A stretch of 64,000 bases of DNA from an uncultured Candidatus Binatia bacterium (GCA_965218425.1 OZ244621.1:2080001-2144000), one strand, 5' to 3'; numbered from the stretch's first letter, positions 1 to 9,776 are shown. The notes: a model not told the origin generated them from the sequence alone. A program made the numbers and translations.

Positions 1-256
1 GATAGACCGGGATGGCATCGAGTCCTATAGGCCTCGTTAAATAGGATCAAGAATTGAACCAGGGGCGGCGTGACGGAGTTGTCATCTGGTGTAAGTATCC
101 TTAGCACTTCTGCAACGGAGGTTGAGTCATGCATTGCGATGTTTTTTTGTTGACATTTAGGTTGGGACATACTAGAGAAACTTTTTGCCAGCTTTGAGAC
201 TACAGGTAACCAGCAAGCAGAAATTTAATTATTAAAAAAATGGGAGGTGAGAAGCT

Positions 257-526
257 ATGACCAAGGCAGCATTGATCGCCGCGGTGGCGAAGGCGGCTAA
301 GCTTAGTAAGAGAGCGGGAAGGAACGCTGTGGATGCAACCTTTGAAAGTCTCGCCCGCGCCATCAGGAAAGAGAAACGGTTTCAGGTGCCCGGGTTTGGC
401 ACCTTTTCTGTCCGCTCGAGAAAATCGCGGAAGGGAAGAAACCCTCAGACGGGCAACGTTATCAGTATCAAGGCAAGTAAGACGGTTGGTTTCAAACCTG
501 CCCCGTCATTGAAGAAAGGTCTGTAG
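257..526 (+). CDS. hup: HU family DNA-binding protein
   Basis: 89 aa, MTKAALI...GFGTFSVRSRKSRKGRNPQTG...FKP HU/IHF signature; GGGAGG RBS upstream. Confidence 0.95.
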   Translation: MTKAALIAAVAKAAKLSKRAGRNAVDATFESLARAIRKEKRFQVPGFGTFSVRSRKSRKGRNPQTGNVISIKASKTVGFKPAPSLKKGL

Positions 527-548
527 CTCTTTACAGTTTTAGGTTTCT

Positions 549-582
549 GGCCACCATGACGAACCCATGGTGGCCTTTTTTT
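549..582 (+). terminator. Intrinsic terminator after HU
   Basis: GGCCACCATG (549-558) / CATGGTGGCC (566-575) perfect stem followed by T7. Confidence 0.85.
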
Positions 583-711
583 GTCTATAGTTGCGAACTT
601 CTACGGAACCGTGGGGGAGACCCGGAAAACTGGTAGTCCCTGGCCCTTGATGGGGGGTCATGGGGCAAGTACAATAGGGCTTGGGCCGATTCTGCGGTTG
701 AGGAGATAAGG

Positions 712-1629
712 GTGTCATCAAAAGGAAAACAGATTTGGATGGACGGTAAGATTGTTCCCTGGGATCAGGCCAAGGTTCATGTCTTGGTCCATTCGCTGCA
801 CTATGGGACGGGTTATTTTGAAGGGATCCGCTGCTACCTTCTGGAGGATGGCCGATCCGCGGTCTTCCGATTGGCCGAGCACATTCGAAGGTTTTTTGAT
901 TCGGGTCAGATATTGGGCTTCCCGCTTCCCTTTGGTCTCGAGGATATTGAACAGGCCATCCGACAGGTGATCAAAGGCAATGGTCTCAAGGAATGTTATA
1001 TCCGCCCCATTGCCTTCGTGGGTATGGGGGAGATGGGTCTCCATGCCCCGAGTAATCCGATTCATGTGGTGGTCGCCGCCTGGCCATGGGGCGCCTATTT
1101 GGGCGAGGACGGGATCAAAAACGGGATTCGGGCCAAAGTGTCGTCGTACACTCGTCATCACGTCAACGTGGCCATGACCAAAAGTAAAATCTCGGGTAAC
1201 TATGTCAATTCGGTTCTGGCCAAGAACGAGGTTAAACTGGCAGGTTATGACGAGGCCATTATGCTTGACACCGAAGGTTACGTCTCAGAGGGTAGCGGAG
1301 AGAATATTTTCATTGTCCGTGAGGGGCAAATCAAAACAACTCCCAATACTTCCATCCTGCCAGGAATCACGAGGAATTCTGTGGTGACCATTGCTCGGGA
1401 CCGTGAAATGTCAGTGTCAGAAGAGCGTTTTTCCCGGGATGAGCTCTACATGGCCGACGAAGCCTTTCTCACCGGGACTGCCGCCGAGGTGACACCCGTT
1501 CGTGAGGTGGATGATCGGAAAATTGGATCTGGCCGCCCCGGACAGGTCACCCTCGACCTACAAAAAGCTTTTTTCAATGTCATCAAAGGAAGAGATAAAA
1601 AGTACGCAGGCTGGCTAACCTACCTCTGA
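712..1629 (+). CDS. ilvE: Branched-chain amino acid aminotransferase
   Basis: [40 protein letters not shown] class IV PLP motifs; AGGAG RBS before GTG. Confidence 0.95.
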   Translation: MSSKGKQIWMDGKIVPWDQAKVHVLVHSLHYGTGYFEGIRCYLLEDGRSAVFRLAEHIRRFFDSGQILGFPLPFGLEDIEQAIRQVIKGNGLKECYIRPIAFVGMGEMGLHAPSNPIHVVVAAWPWGAYLGEDGIKNGIRAKVSSYTRHHVNVAMTKSKISGNYVNSVLAKNEVKLAGYDEAIMLDTEGYVSEGSGENIFIVREGQIKTTPNTSILPGITRNSVVTIARDREMSVSEERFSRDELYMADEAFLTGTAAEVTPVREVDDRKIGSGRPGQVTLDLQKAFFNVIKGRDKKYAGWLTYL

Positions 1630-1664
1630 GCTCGGGTCCAATTGGTATTCAATCCCGGGCAGGT

Positions 1665-2085
1665 TTGCACGATCCATCTGGGAGCCATCCGGCCATCAGC
1701 GCACGGAAAAACATAGGATCGAAACGGGAACTCACCACAAGGGTAACTCTGCTTCCTCGGGATACCAACTCCTGGGGCACCATCTTTGGTGGAGTTATCC
1801 TGGGCCATATCGATCCGGCCGGTGGTATCGCTGCTCAAAGATACGCGTCCGGGAGGTTTGTCACTCGAGCCATACGTGAGGTGGAATTCATATCACCCGT
1901 CTTATGTGGGGGATTTGGCGAGTTTTTACGCACGAGTGATTCGTGAAGGACGAGCCTCCCTCGCGGTAAGAATCGAGGTGGAGACCGAGCACCCGCGTCG
2001 TCCCGGGGTCCCGGTCAAAGTGACGGAGGCGGAAGTGACCTACGTGGCCGTCGATGACCACGGCAAACCGGTTTCCACCAAATAG
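1665..2085 (+). pseudogene. Acyl-CoA thioesterase (hotdog fold, YciA-like), split by a +1 frameshift at ~1902
   Basis: First frame gives [22 protein letters not shown]...EVEFISPV; second frame continues [20 protein letters not shown]...VTEAEVTYVAVD; removing one T in GTC-T-TAT restores one ORF; start uncertain. Confidence 0.75.
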
Positions 2086-2161
2086 ATCTGAGTTAAATCG
2101 CTTCAGAATAGGTATCACAGGCTCATGTTGCCCTTTCGTTGGGTTCAATTATATTATCATT

Positions 2162-2267
2162 GAGCTCATGGGTATTTAGCCAGGTGACCTAGCCGGCCAC
2201 CTTCGGGTGGAGCCCTTCTGAGCGCGGTTAAGGGGGGCTCTGCCTTGTTCCTGTGCCCGTGCTTTTC
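2162..2267 (+). ncRNA. Candidate structured RNA or 5' leader upstream of archease-rtcB
   Basis: 5'/3' closing stems CATGGGTAT/GTGCCCGTG and AGCCAGGT/GCCTTGTT, C(UUCG)G hairpin at 2197-2210, 9-bp hairpin 2211-2239; TTGCCC..TATTAT promoter-like sequence just upstream. Confidence 0.35.
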
Positions 2268-2290
2268 AGGACTCACTCCTTGGATGTCTT

Positions 2291-2704
2291 ATGGCTACAC
2301 GGGAAATCGATCACACAGCGGATCTTGGGCTAGAGGTGCAAGGGCTAGACCTGCCGACTCTTTTTTCATCCGGGGGACAGGCCCTGTATAGAATTCTTGT
2401 GGACATCAAAGGAGTGAGGCCAGAGCAAGAAGTGGTCGTATCGGCCAAGGGTGAAGGTTGGGGGGAGCTCTTCCATGCTTGGTTGCGCGAGCTCTTGGCT
2501 CAGTTTAACCTCCACGGCTTTGTGGGAAGACAATGTGAGATCATAAGCCTCCATGAAGGTGCAGTGGAGGGTCTGGTAAAAGGAGAGAGATTGGATCTCA
2601 GACGGCATCGTTTTCATACTGAGATCAAAGGCGTCACTTATCATGATTTCAGAGTATGGAAGGAAAAAGGTCGCTGGCGGGCCAGGGTGATCTTTGATGT
2701 CTAG
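2291..2704 (+). CDS. Archease
   Basis: N-terminal IDHTADLG and C-terminal EIKGVTYH...VIFDV archease signatures. Confidence 0.93.
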   Translation: MATREIDHTADLGLEVQGLDLPTLFSSGGQALYRILVDIKGVRPEQEVVVSAKGEGWGELFHAWLRELLAQFNLHGFVGRQCEIISLHEGAVEGLVKGERLDLRRHRFHTEIKGVTYHDFRVWKEKGRWRARVIFDV

Positions 2705-4166
2705 AAAAGAGTCAACGACAAAAGAGCCCGTAGGACTCGAGCGAATTGGGGAGTGCCTCTGGGAGATCCCGCGCCGGGGAAAAATGAGGGTGCCTGGAAG
2801 GATCTTCGCGAGCGAAGAACTCCTGCCGAGTCTCAAGGATGACAATAGCCTGCGCCAGGTCATGAATGTGGCGAGCCTGCCTGGAATTGTGGGCTATTCG
2901 ATGGCCATGCCGGATATTCACTGGGGCTACGGGTTTCCCATCGGAGGTGTGGCCGCCATGGATTTGAAAGACGGCGTTATCTCACCCGGGGGCGTTGGCT
3001 ATGACATCAACTGTGGAGTCCGGTTGGTCAGGACGAACTTGGTTTTCAGTGAAATCGAAACAAAGTTGACATTCCTGATGGACTCTCTTTTTTCTCTGAT
3101 TCCCTCGGGAGTGGGTTCCGAAGGGGCTATCCCGAAAATTTCCAAAGACGAAGAAAAGCGATTGCTACGCCAAGGGGCGCGTTGGGCGGTGGAGCGGGGA
3201 TATGGGCGAGAGGAAGATCTCGAATGCATGGAAGACGAGGGGGCCCTCAAACTAGCGGATGCGGAGCTCATCAGTGAGCGTGCGTTGGAGCGGGGAGTCA
3301 AGCAGGTTGGCACCCTGGGTTCCGGGAATCACTTTCTTGAGGTGGGCAAGGTTGAAGAGATCTATATGACCCGGGAGGCAGAGACGTTGGGCCTTTTTCC
3401 CGAGCAGGTGGTGGTCCTCATTCATACGGGTTCCCGCGGCTTGGGTTACCAGACCTGCGAGGACTCCCTCAAGATAATGAGTAAAGCCGCCGTGAAGTAC
3501 GCCATTGAGCTCCCTGATCGTCAGCTGGCCTGCACTCCCCTGCAGTCTCCCGAAGGTGAAGATTACATGGCCTCCATGGCCTGTGCCGCCAATTACGCTT
3601 GGGCTAACCGCCAGGTGATTATGAGTCACGCGGAAAATGCGTTCCTTAAGGTTTTTGGGATCAGCCCTCGGGAACTGGGATTTTCACTTATTTATGACGT
3701 GTGTCATAATATCGCTAAGATTGAAGAGCATCAGGTGCAGGGAGAAACCCGTCGTGTCTGTGTCCATCGCAAGGGTGCCACAAGGGCGTTCCCGCCGGGC
3801 CACTCCTCAATTCCAAAAGCCTACCGGACCATCGGACAACCGGTCCTTGTTCCAGGTGATATGGGCCGCTATTCTTATCTCCTAGTGGGGACGCAGGAGG
3901 CCATGAGGTCGAGCTTTGGCAGCACTTGCCACGGGGCTGGGCGGGTCATGAGCCGAGCTCAATCCAAGCGGGTTAGCCGCAGCCTGAACGTCGACCAGGA
4001 GATGAAACGCTGGGGTGTGGTGGCACGGTACCAGGGACGGGCCACCATGGCCGAGGAGATGCCCCACGCTTACAAAGACGTGGCGGCTGTGGTAGAAACT
4101 ATGGACCGAGCGGCCATATCGAAAAAGGTCGCTCGATTTCGCCCCATTGGGGTGATCAAAGGCTAA
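2697..4166 (+). CDS. rtcB: RtcB family RNA ligase (archaeal/eukaryotic-like, archease-associated)
   Basis: MPDIHWGYGFPIGGVAA, GVGYDINCG, GTLGSGNHFLE, HRKGA, CHGAGR motifs; overlaps the archease stop. Confidence 0.95.
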   Translation: MSRKESTTKEPVGLERIGECLWEIPRRGKMRVPGRIFASEELLPSLKDDNSLRQVMNVASLPGIVGYSMAMPDIHWGYGFPIGGVAAMDLKDGVISPGGVGYDINCGVRLVRTNLVFSEIETKLTFLMDSLFSLIPSGVGSEGAIPKISKDEEKRLLRQGARWAVERGYGREEDLECMEDEGALKLADAELISERALERGVKQVGTLGSGNHFLEVGKVEEIYMTREAETLGLFPEQVVVLIHTGSRGLGYQTCEDSLKIMSKAAVKYAIELPDRQLACTPLQSPEGEDYMASMACAANYAWANRQVIMSHAENAFLKVFGISPRELGFSLIYDVCHNIAKIEEHQVQGETRRVCVHRKGATRAFPPGHSSIPKAYRTIGQPVLVPGDMGRYSYLLVGTQEAMRSSFGSTCHGAGRVMSRAQSKRVSRSLNVDQEMKRWGVVARYQGRATMAEEMPHAYKDVAAVVETMDRAAISKKVARFRPIGVIKG

Positions 4167-4228
4167 CCAAGCCAATTTGATATTCGTTGAATTTTGGATT
4201 ACTGAATCCGGGTAAAGATGACTCGCGT

Positions 4229-4266
4229 CCTTCGAGAACCTCAGGACCCCGAGGGGAATCGAGAGG
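4229..4266. repeat. REP-like palindrome (CTTCGA...CTCAG...TCGA family), copy 1
   Basis: CCTTCGAGAACCTCAGGACCCCGAGGGGAATCGAGAGG; related copy at 36687-36723, weaker copy at 34463-34493. Confidence 0.55.
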
Positions 4267-4302
4267 CAAAGACGCTAAGGGCGCAAGGATAGACATCATT
4301 AC

Positions 4303-4505
4303 AAACTCGAAATTTGAAACAAATCCAAATGATCAAAATATATAAATTTCCAAACGATCCCGTTTCGGATTTTGATTTTTTTTAGGTTTGGCCGGTTCGG
4401 TTTGTTTGAGATTTCGAGCTTCGGATTTCGGATTTTAGTTCGGGGGCATTTCAGCGCAAATAGCTTTGTTGAAGTTCTTTCGTAGAAAATTTTATCCATA
4501 AGAAT
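4303..4505. repeat. AT-rich palindromic dispersed repeat, copy A
   Basis: Imperfect inverted repeat 4303-4325 / 4399-4421 with 7-nt periodic tail (TTCGAGC TTCGGAT TTCGGAT); homologous to 16450-16700. Confidence 0.65.
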
Positions 4506-4566
4506 CTTGGGAACGAACCTGCGTAAATTTCGTTTATAACTAGAAAAAATGTAGGAGGAGAAGGAG

Positions 4567-4839
4567 ATGACCTATATTATTGCGGAGCCTTGCGTGGACG
4601 TCAAAGACGCGGCCTGCGTGGATGTATGTCCGGTGGATTGCATTCACCCGACCAAGGATGAGACAGAGGAATTTGAAGAAGTAAAGATGCTTTACATCGA
4701 TCCTGAGGAATGCATCGATTGTGGAGCCTGTGAGCCCGTTTGTCCCGTGGAGGCAATCTTTGAAGAGGCCGCAACACCAGAGAAGTGGAAAAACTACATT
4801 GAAATAAATTCAGAGTGGTACCAGAAGAAAAAAGGCTGA
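4567..4839 (+). CDS. Ferredoxin (7Fe/8Fe dicluster, FdxA-like)
   Basis: [19 protein letters not shown] and [12 protein letters not shown]; strong AGGAG RBS. Confidence 0.92.
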   Translation: MTYIIAEPCVDVKDAACVDVCPVDCIHPTKDETEEFEEVKMLYIDPEECIDCGACEPVCPVEAIFEEAATPEKWKNYIEINSEWYQKKKG

Positions 4840-4912
4840 GAGCGTTTGCTCAGCAACTCTCCGACCTGCCCATCTGAAGCCCCCATTAAAAACACATGCT
4901 AATTGGAGCCCG

Positions 4913-5761
4913 TCATTGGACGTGGCTCCAGGCGTGGTAGGAACTGCGCACCAACGGCCCCGATTCCACGTGCCGAAAGCCGAGCTTTTCTGCCTTCGTC
5001 TTGAGTTCCTGAAACTCATGGGGGAAAACGTACCTTTCCACCTTCAGCTGATCTGTGGAAGGTCGAAGGTACTGCCCCAGGGTGACGATATCACAGTTCA
5101 TCTGCCTCAGATCCTGGAGGGTGACCATAACCTCTTCAAGGGTCTCGCCCACCCCCAGCATCAATCCCGACTTGGTTAGTATTCCTTCCCGCATTTCTTT
5201 GGCGGCCTTTAGGATGTCCAGCGAACGCCGGTAACAGGACCCCGGCCTAACCTTTTTGTAGAGTCGAGGAACGGTCTCGATATTATGGTTCAGTATATTG
5301 ATCCCTGAGCGAACCACTGTCTCTAGGGCACGCCGGTCTCCCTTGAAATCTGGAATGAGCACTTCCACACGAATCCCGGGATTAAGGTTTTTGATCCAAA
5401 AGACAGTCTTGGCAAAATGGGTTGAGCCTCCGTCGGGAAGATCGTCCCTGTCCACGGACGTCACCACAATATGGCCTAAGCCAAGGTCTTTGACCGCAAG
5501 GCCGACTTTTCGAGGTTCTTCCGGGTCCAAAAGGCTCGGCTTGCCTTTGCTGATGGCGCAAAAGCGGCAGCCGCGGGTGCAAATATCTCCGAGGATCAGG
5601 AACGTGGCGGTGTTGTGCTCCCAGCATTCACCTGCGTTGGGGCAATGTGCCTCTTCGCAGACGGTGTGGAGGTTGTGCTTTCTCAGAATTCGCTTGAGGC
5701 GGAGGTAGTGGGCGCTGCCCGGGGCTTTGACTTTGATCCAATCCGGATGTCTTCGTGGCAT
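4913..5761 (-). CDS. lipA: Lipoyl synthase
   Basis: CEEAHCPNAGEC, CTRGCRFC radical SAM motif, VRSSYHA. Confidence 0.96.
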   Translation of the reverse strand: MPRRHPDWIKVKAPGSAHYLRLKRILRKHNLHTVCEEAHCPNAGECWEHNTATFLILGDICTRGCRFCAISKGKPSLLDPEEPRKVGLAVKDLGLGHIVVTSVDRDDLPDGGSTHFAKTVFWIKNLNPGIRVEVLIPDFKGDRRALETVVRSGINILNHNIETVPRLYKKVRPGSCYRRSLDILKAAKEMREGILTKSGLMLGVGETLEEVMVTLQDLRQMNCDIVTLGQYLRPSTDQLKVERYVFPHEFQELKTKAEKLGFRHVESGPLVRSSYHAWSHVQ

Positions 5762-6396
5762 AGCTTACCAATCCCTGCGTAACGAAATCGCGTGATGAAG
5801 CATTCGATGAAAGCCTCCTTTACCTTTTCCAGGTCAACCTCTTCTCCTAACTCGCGGTTCATGGATGTGACTTCGGCCCAGGGGAGACCACAGGGGATAA
5901 TCCGTTTGAAGTAAGTGAGATCGGAATTCACGTTTAAAGCTGCCCCATGATAGGTGACGCCCCTGCGCACGGCAATGCCAATGGAGGCGATTTTTTTGTT
6001 TTCAATCCATACCCCTGTCCAGGGATGACGCCTGGTGGCCGAGATGCCGAATGCCTTAAGTGTCTGGATGAGCGTCGTTTCGAGATTACGAAGGTAGGTG
6101 TGAACCTTTCTTCGAAGAGTGGATTTGAGGTCCACCAGGGGATAGACCACCAACTGGCCGGGACCGTGATAGGTGATGTCTCCTCCCCGGCCGGTTGAGT
6201 GAACGGGCACCTCACCCGGATCCAGTAGATTTTTCACTTTGCCCCCAAGGCCAATGGTATAAACATGAGGATGCTCGACCAACAGGAGGGTGTCTGCAAG
6301 TTGACCGCTCTGCTTCTGTTTGAGGAGATTTTCCTGAACAGACCGCGCGGCCGCATATTCCAACTGGCCAAGGTCATTGACGAGAAGTGTTTGCAT
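5683..6396 (-). CDS. lipB: Lipoyl(octanoyl) transferase
   Basis: EHPHVYT, RGGDITYHGPGQLVVYP, KIASIG, IIPCG; ATG at 6396 chosen; 3' end overlaps lipA by 79 nt. Confidence 0.94.
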   Translation of the reverse strand: MQTLLVNDLGQLEYAAARSVQENLLKQKQSGQLADTLLLVEHPHVYTIGLGGKVKNLLDPGEVPVHSTGRGGDITYHGPGQLVVYPLVDLKSTLRRKVHTYLRNLETTLIQTLKAFGISATRRHPWTGVWIENKKIASIGIAVRRGVTYHGAALNVNSDLTYFKRIIPCGLPWAEVTSMNRELGEEVDLEKVKEAFIECFITRFRYAGIGKLCHEDIRIGSKSKPRAAPTTSASSEF

Positions 6397-6547
6397 CAAA
6401 TTAGGACCACAGGAAACCAAGGATTGTGTAACCTAAATCATGTCGTGGAAAAATTGCAACAATTGCGTGTTCTCGTCGTGCAATGCAGCAACCCACCCCA
6501 AACGGAAGGGAAGCTATGGGAGGGAGATTGGATGTTCGAGGGGGAGC

Positions 6548-7483
6548 CTACATCAACTCTTTGATCAGGGACTTGGCGTCTTCTTGGGAGATTCCCAATG
6601 AGCGACGTGCCATGGGCCCATCCGCCAGGACCGGTTCGAGCTGATCCAGCGCGGGTAAATCCTCGCGCTTCCAGAATAGCCCTATGGGGATCTCATCGCC
6701 CCACATGTAGGCCTTTTCCATTGCGGCCTTGAAATCTTGTGGGTCGTGTCCCATATCTTCGAGCTTTCGGGCGCGCTGTTTGAAAAAATCATGTCCGTTG
6801 TCAAGGTTGTAGGTTACGCAGGGGCTGAAGGCGTCGATGAGGGCAAAGCCTCTGTGCTCAATGCCTCCCTTGATAAGTTCGGCCAGGTGTTTGACCTGAC
6901 CCGTGTAACCTCGGGCGACGTATGTGGCCCCAGCCGCAATGGCGAGGGGAATCGGATTGATTGGATTCTCTACGCTTCCAAACGGTGTGCTTTTGGTGCT
7001 CATTCCCTTGATGCTGGTAGGCGAGATCTGGCCAGTGGTCAAACCATAAATTTGGTTGTCCATGACGATGTAGGTCAAATCCGCGTTTCGTCGCATGGTG
7101 TGAACGAAGTGGTTGCCCCCGATGCCATATCCATCACCGTCTCCGCCGGCGGCGATGATCTTGAGTTTGTGATTGGCCAACTGGGCGCCCGTGGCCACCG
7201 CCAGGGCTCGTCCATGGAGAGTGTGCATGCCATAGGCGTTGACGTAACCTGGCAAGTTCGATGAGCAGCCAATGCCGCTCACGGTCATCACCTCGTGGGG
7301 GTGAAGCCCCAACTCCACGATGGCTTGTTTAAGGGCGACGAGCACTCCGAAGTCGCCGCATCCGGGGCACCAGTCGGGTTCAACCAATCCTTTGAAATCT
7401 TTGACGGTTAGTTTGGGCCGTTGCAGTTGCGACCCTGTCGGCCCCCCTGCTCTGCTTTCAATTTCTGCCATGGGCGTGCTCAT
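6548..7483 (-). CDS. 2-oxoacid:ferredoxin oxidoreductase beta subunit
   Basis: WCPGCGDF, SGIGCSS, GDGD...N TPP-binding motif, YGLTTGQISPT. Confidence 0.93.
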   Translation of the reverse strand: MSTPMAEIESRAGGPTGSQLQRPKLTVKDFKGLVEPDWCPGCGDFGVLVALKQAIVELGLHPHEVMTVSGIGCSSNLPGYVNAYGMHTLHGRALAVATGAQLANHKLKIIAAGGDGDGYGIGGNHFVHTMRRNADLTYIVMDNQIYGLTTGQISPTSIKGMSTKSTPFGSVENPINPIPLAIAAGATYVARGYTGQVKHLAELIKGGIEHRGFALIDAFSPCVTYNLDNGHDFFKQRARKLEDMGHDPQDFKAAMEKAYMWGDEIPIGLFWKREDLPALDQLEPVLADGPMARRSLGISQEDAKSLIKELM

Positions 7484-7492
7484 GATTTCTCC

Positions 7493-9280
7493 TCAAACTG
7501 TAATCTCGTGAACCGGTACATACTGCGTGGATTTGCCGGCAAGAATCTTTTTCACCCCGTCCACAATATGATGGGGCATGAATGGCTCGCCGTCGTACTT
7601 CCGGATGTGGCCATCCGCCTCGATGCCGGTCTCTGACCTGAGATACCTGGCAAATTGGCCGCTATAGTTGTTTTCGACGATGATGGTTTTTTTACTCTTG
7701 GAAAGAATCGAGACGATTGCCTTGGCATGAAGGGGAACGATCCACTTGATTTGAAGATGGTTGGCGACGATCTTTTCTTCTTTGAGTTGCTCCCATGCTT
7801 CGCGCATGACACCTTCGGTGGATCCCCACCCAACCAGGGTTACATTGGCTGTGGCGGGTCCGAACAGTTTGGGCGCCTTCAGCAGCGGAAGAACCCCCTT
7901 CATTTTACGCATGCGTTTCTCGTGGCTGGCCTGCCGCTTGTGGGGATTGGTGAATTCATCACTGATGAGCACGCCGTCTTCATCGTGATCATCGGTGGCC
8001 ACCACATGGACATAGCCGGGTGTTCCAGGAAGGGCGCGCGGCGATATGCCGCTCTTAGTGAGGAGGAAACGCTTATACCCGCCGTTCGCCGCAGGCGTAC
8101 TACCGTTGAGTCCAATGACTTCACCACGGTCGATGGGGACGTTGAAGTCTAAGTCTGCGGGATCCACGCTGGACCGCCCTTCGGAAAGGAGGAGATCGGT
8201 GAGGATAATGCCTGGGCATTGAAATTTGTCCACCAGATTGAAGAGCTGGGGGACTGTTTTGAAACAATCGGGGATATTGGTTGGTGCAACGATGATTCTA
8301 GGATAGTCTCCCTGACCGGCCCCCAACGCCTGCCAGAGATCACCTTGCTCGGTCTTCGTGGGAACGCCGGTGGCCGGGCCCGCTCGTTGGACATTGATGC
8401 AGACTAGAGGGATCTCCATCATTGATGCTGAGCCGAGTCCTTCGGTCATGAGGGCGAAACCGCCCCCCGAGGTGGCGCACATGGCACGGCAGCCTGCGTG
8501 TGCGGCACCCGTTGCCATATTGACAACTCCCAGTTCGTCTTCCACCTGCCGCACCATGATCCCCAACTGGCGGGCGTGTCGTGCCATCCAGTGGAGAACT
8601 CCGGTTGAAGGACTCATGGGATAGGCGCAGTAAAATTTCACACCAGCCGCCGCACCGCCCATGGCCAGGGCTTGATTGCCCTCGAAAAACGCGAGCTTTT
8701 TGCCGGTATCAGGCAGGGTAAAGGGAAACGGTTTGAAATGTCGAGCGGAATAATCGTAACCTGCCCGCGCCACCCCGACGTTTTCATCCACCACAGCCTG
8801 CCCTTTTCTTTTGAATTGGAGGGTGAGGATCTCCTCGAGGATACTGAAGTCAACCCCGATGAGTTGTAGGACGGCGGAAAGGGCAATGGTGTTTTGGACC
8901 AAGTCTCCCTTAATGGCAGGAGCCAGTTCCTTGACCGAGAAGGGACAGAGCTGTGCTCCTTCGTTGGGGGTTCCCGGTTTGATTTTGTCGCTGTTGAAGA
9001 GGATCGTGGATCCCGACTTCATGAGTCTGAGATGGCGATCCATGGTGTCCTGGTTTAAGGGAATCAGCACGTCGAGTTTGTCTCCCATGCTGAGCACGGG
9101 TTTGTCGCTGGTACGGAGCGTCAGAAAGATATGGCCGCCGCGAATAATTGACTGGTAGGCGTTGTAAGCGTTTAGGTGAAGTCCGCGGCGTACGAAAATC
9201 CGTGCCAGGATATCTCCAGGCGTTGCAATTCCCTGTCCGGCCGCGCCGCCGATTGCAATGGCAAGATCAACTTTGCTCAT
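7493..9280 (-). CDS. 2-oxoacid:ferredoxin oxidoreductase alpha subunit (gamma-alpha fusion)
   Basis: GGAAGQG, IRGGH, YPMSPST, QVEDE, TSGGGF, QRAGPATGVPTKTEQGD; ATG at 9280 with AAGGA RBS. Confidence 0.93.
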   Translation of the reverse strand: MSKVDLAIAIGGAAGQGIATPGDILARIFVRRGLHLNAYNAYQSIIRGGHIFLTLRTSDKPVLSMGDKLDVLIPLNQDTMDRHLRLMKSGSTILFNSDKIKPGTPNEGAQLCPFSVKELAPAIKGDLVQNTIALSAVLQLIGVDFSILEEILTLQFKRKGQAVVDENVGVARAGYDYSARHFKPFPFTLPDTGKKLAFFEGNQALAMGGAAAGVKFYCAYPMSPSTGVLHWMARHARQLGIMVRQVEDELGVVNMATGAAHAGCRAMCATSGGGFALMTEGLGSASMMEIPLVCINVQRAGPATGVPTKTEQGDLWQALGAGQGDYPRIIVAPTNIPDCFKTVPQLFNLVDKFQCPGIILTDLLLSEGRSSVDPADLDFNVPIDRGEVIGLNGSTPAANGGYKRFLLTKSGISPRALPGTPGYVHVVATDDHDEDGVLISDEFTNPHKRQASHEKRMRKMKGVLPLLKAPKLFGPATANVTLVGWGSTEGVMREAWEQLKEEKIVANHLQIKWIVPLHAKAIVSILSKSKKTIIVENNYSGQFARYLRSETGIEADGHIRKYDGEPFMPHHIVDGVKKILAGKSTQYVPVHEITV

Positions 9281-9776
9281 GGTTGTTTCCTTCAAATAGC
9301 GACCGATTTCCAGTGCAGGAGGCCGGTCCCTTCTCGTTAATACAATTTTGAATGAATACGTTCACTAGCCGTAGGCGGGTCCTAAATAGTTGGTAGTCTT
9401 TCCCACCGCTCTATCCCCAGGGAAACCGTAACCGCCCCGATAACCAACCTGTTAGCTTATAGCACTAAATTCGGTAAGCCCCAACAACTTTAGGGCCCGT
9501 TTTCAGGCACTTCCCATTCTTTATTCCTGATGGCTTACTTTTTCAAGGGGAATCGACGAAAACTTAATTATATTTACACTAACGCGAGGCGTGATGGTTA
9601 GGTTCCCTGCCTGTGGATAACTAACCAATTTAGCCCTCGTTGTCGCTATATCCTTAGCAGGGAAAGAAAGTATCACGATCCACCTTTGCAAGCCTACTTC
9701 GCCCTTTGCTCCTTGACTTGGTAGTTTGGCGGGATTATTTAGAAGTTTAAATCCGATTAGGAAAGAAGATCTATTT

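Noticed and set aside
1..40. Possible 3' end of an upstream gene (IDRDGIESYRPR*)
   Set aside because: Too short to support.
4300..4440. Repeats as a CRISPR array
   Set aside because: No constant repeat with unique spacers and no cas genes anywhere in the window.
5683..5761. 79-nt lipB/lipA overlap as a recoding signal
   Set aside because: Both proteins are complete; most simply a C-terminal read-through extension of lipB.
9612..9620. Perfect DnaA box (TGTGGATAA) in an AT-rich intergenic region
   Set aside because: Single box, no cluster, and no dnaA/dnaN context; not enough to call oriC.
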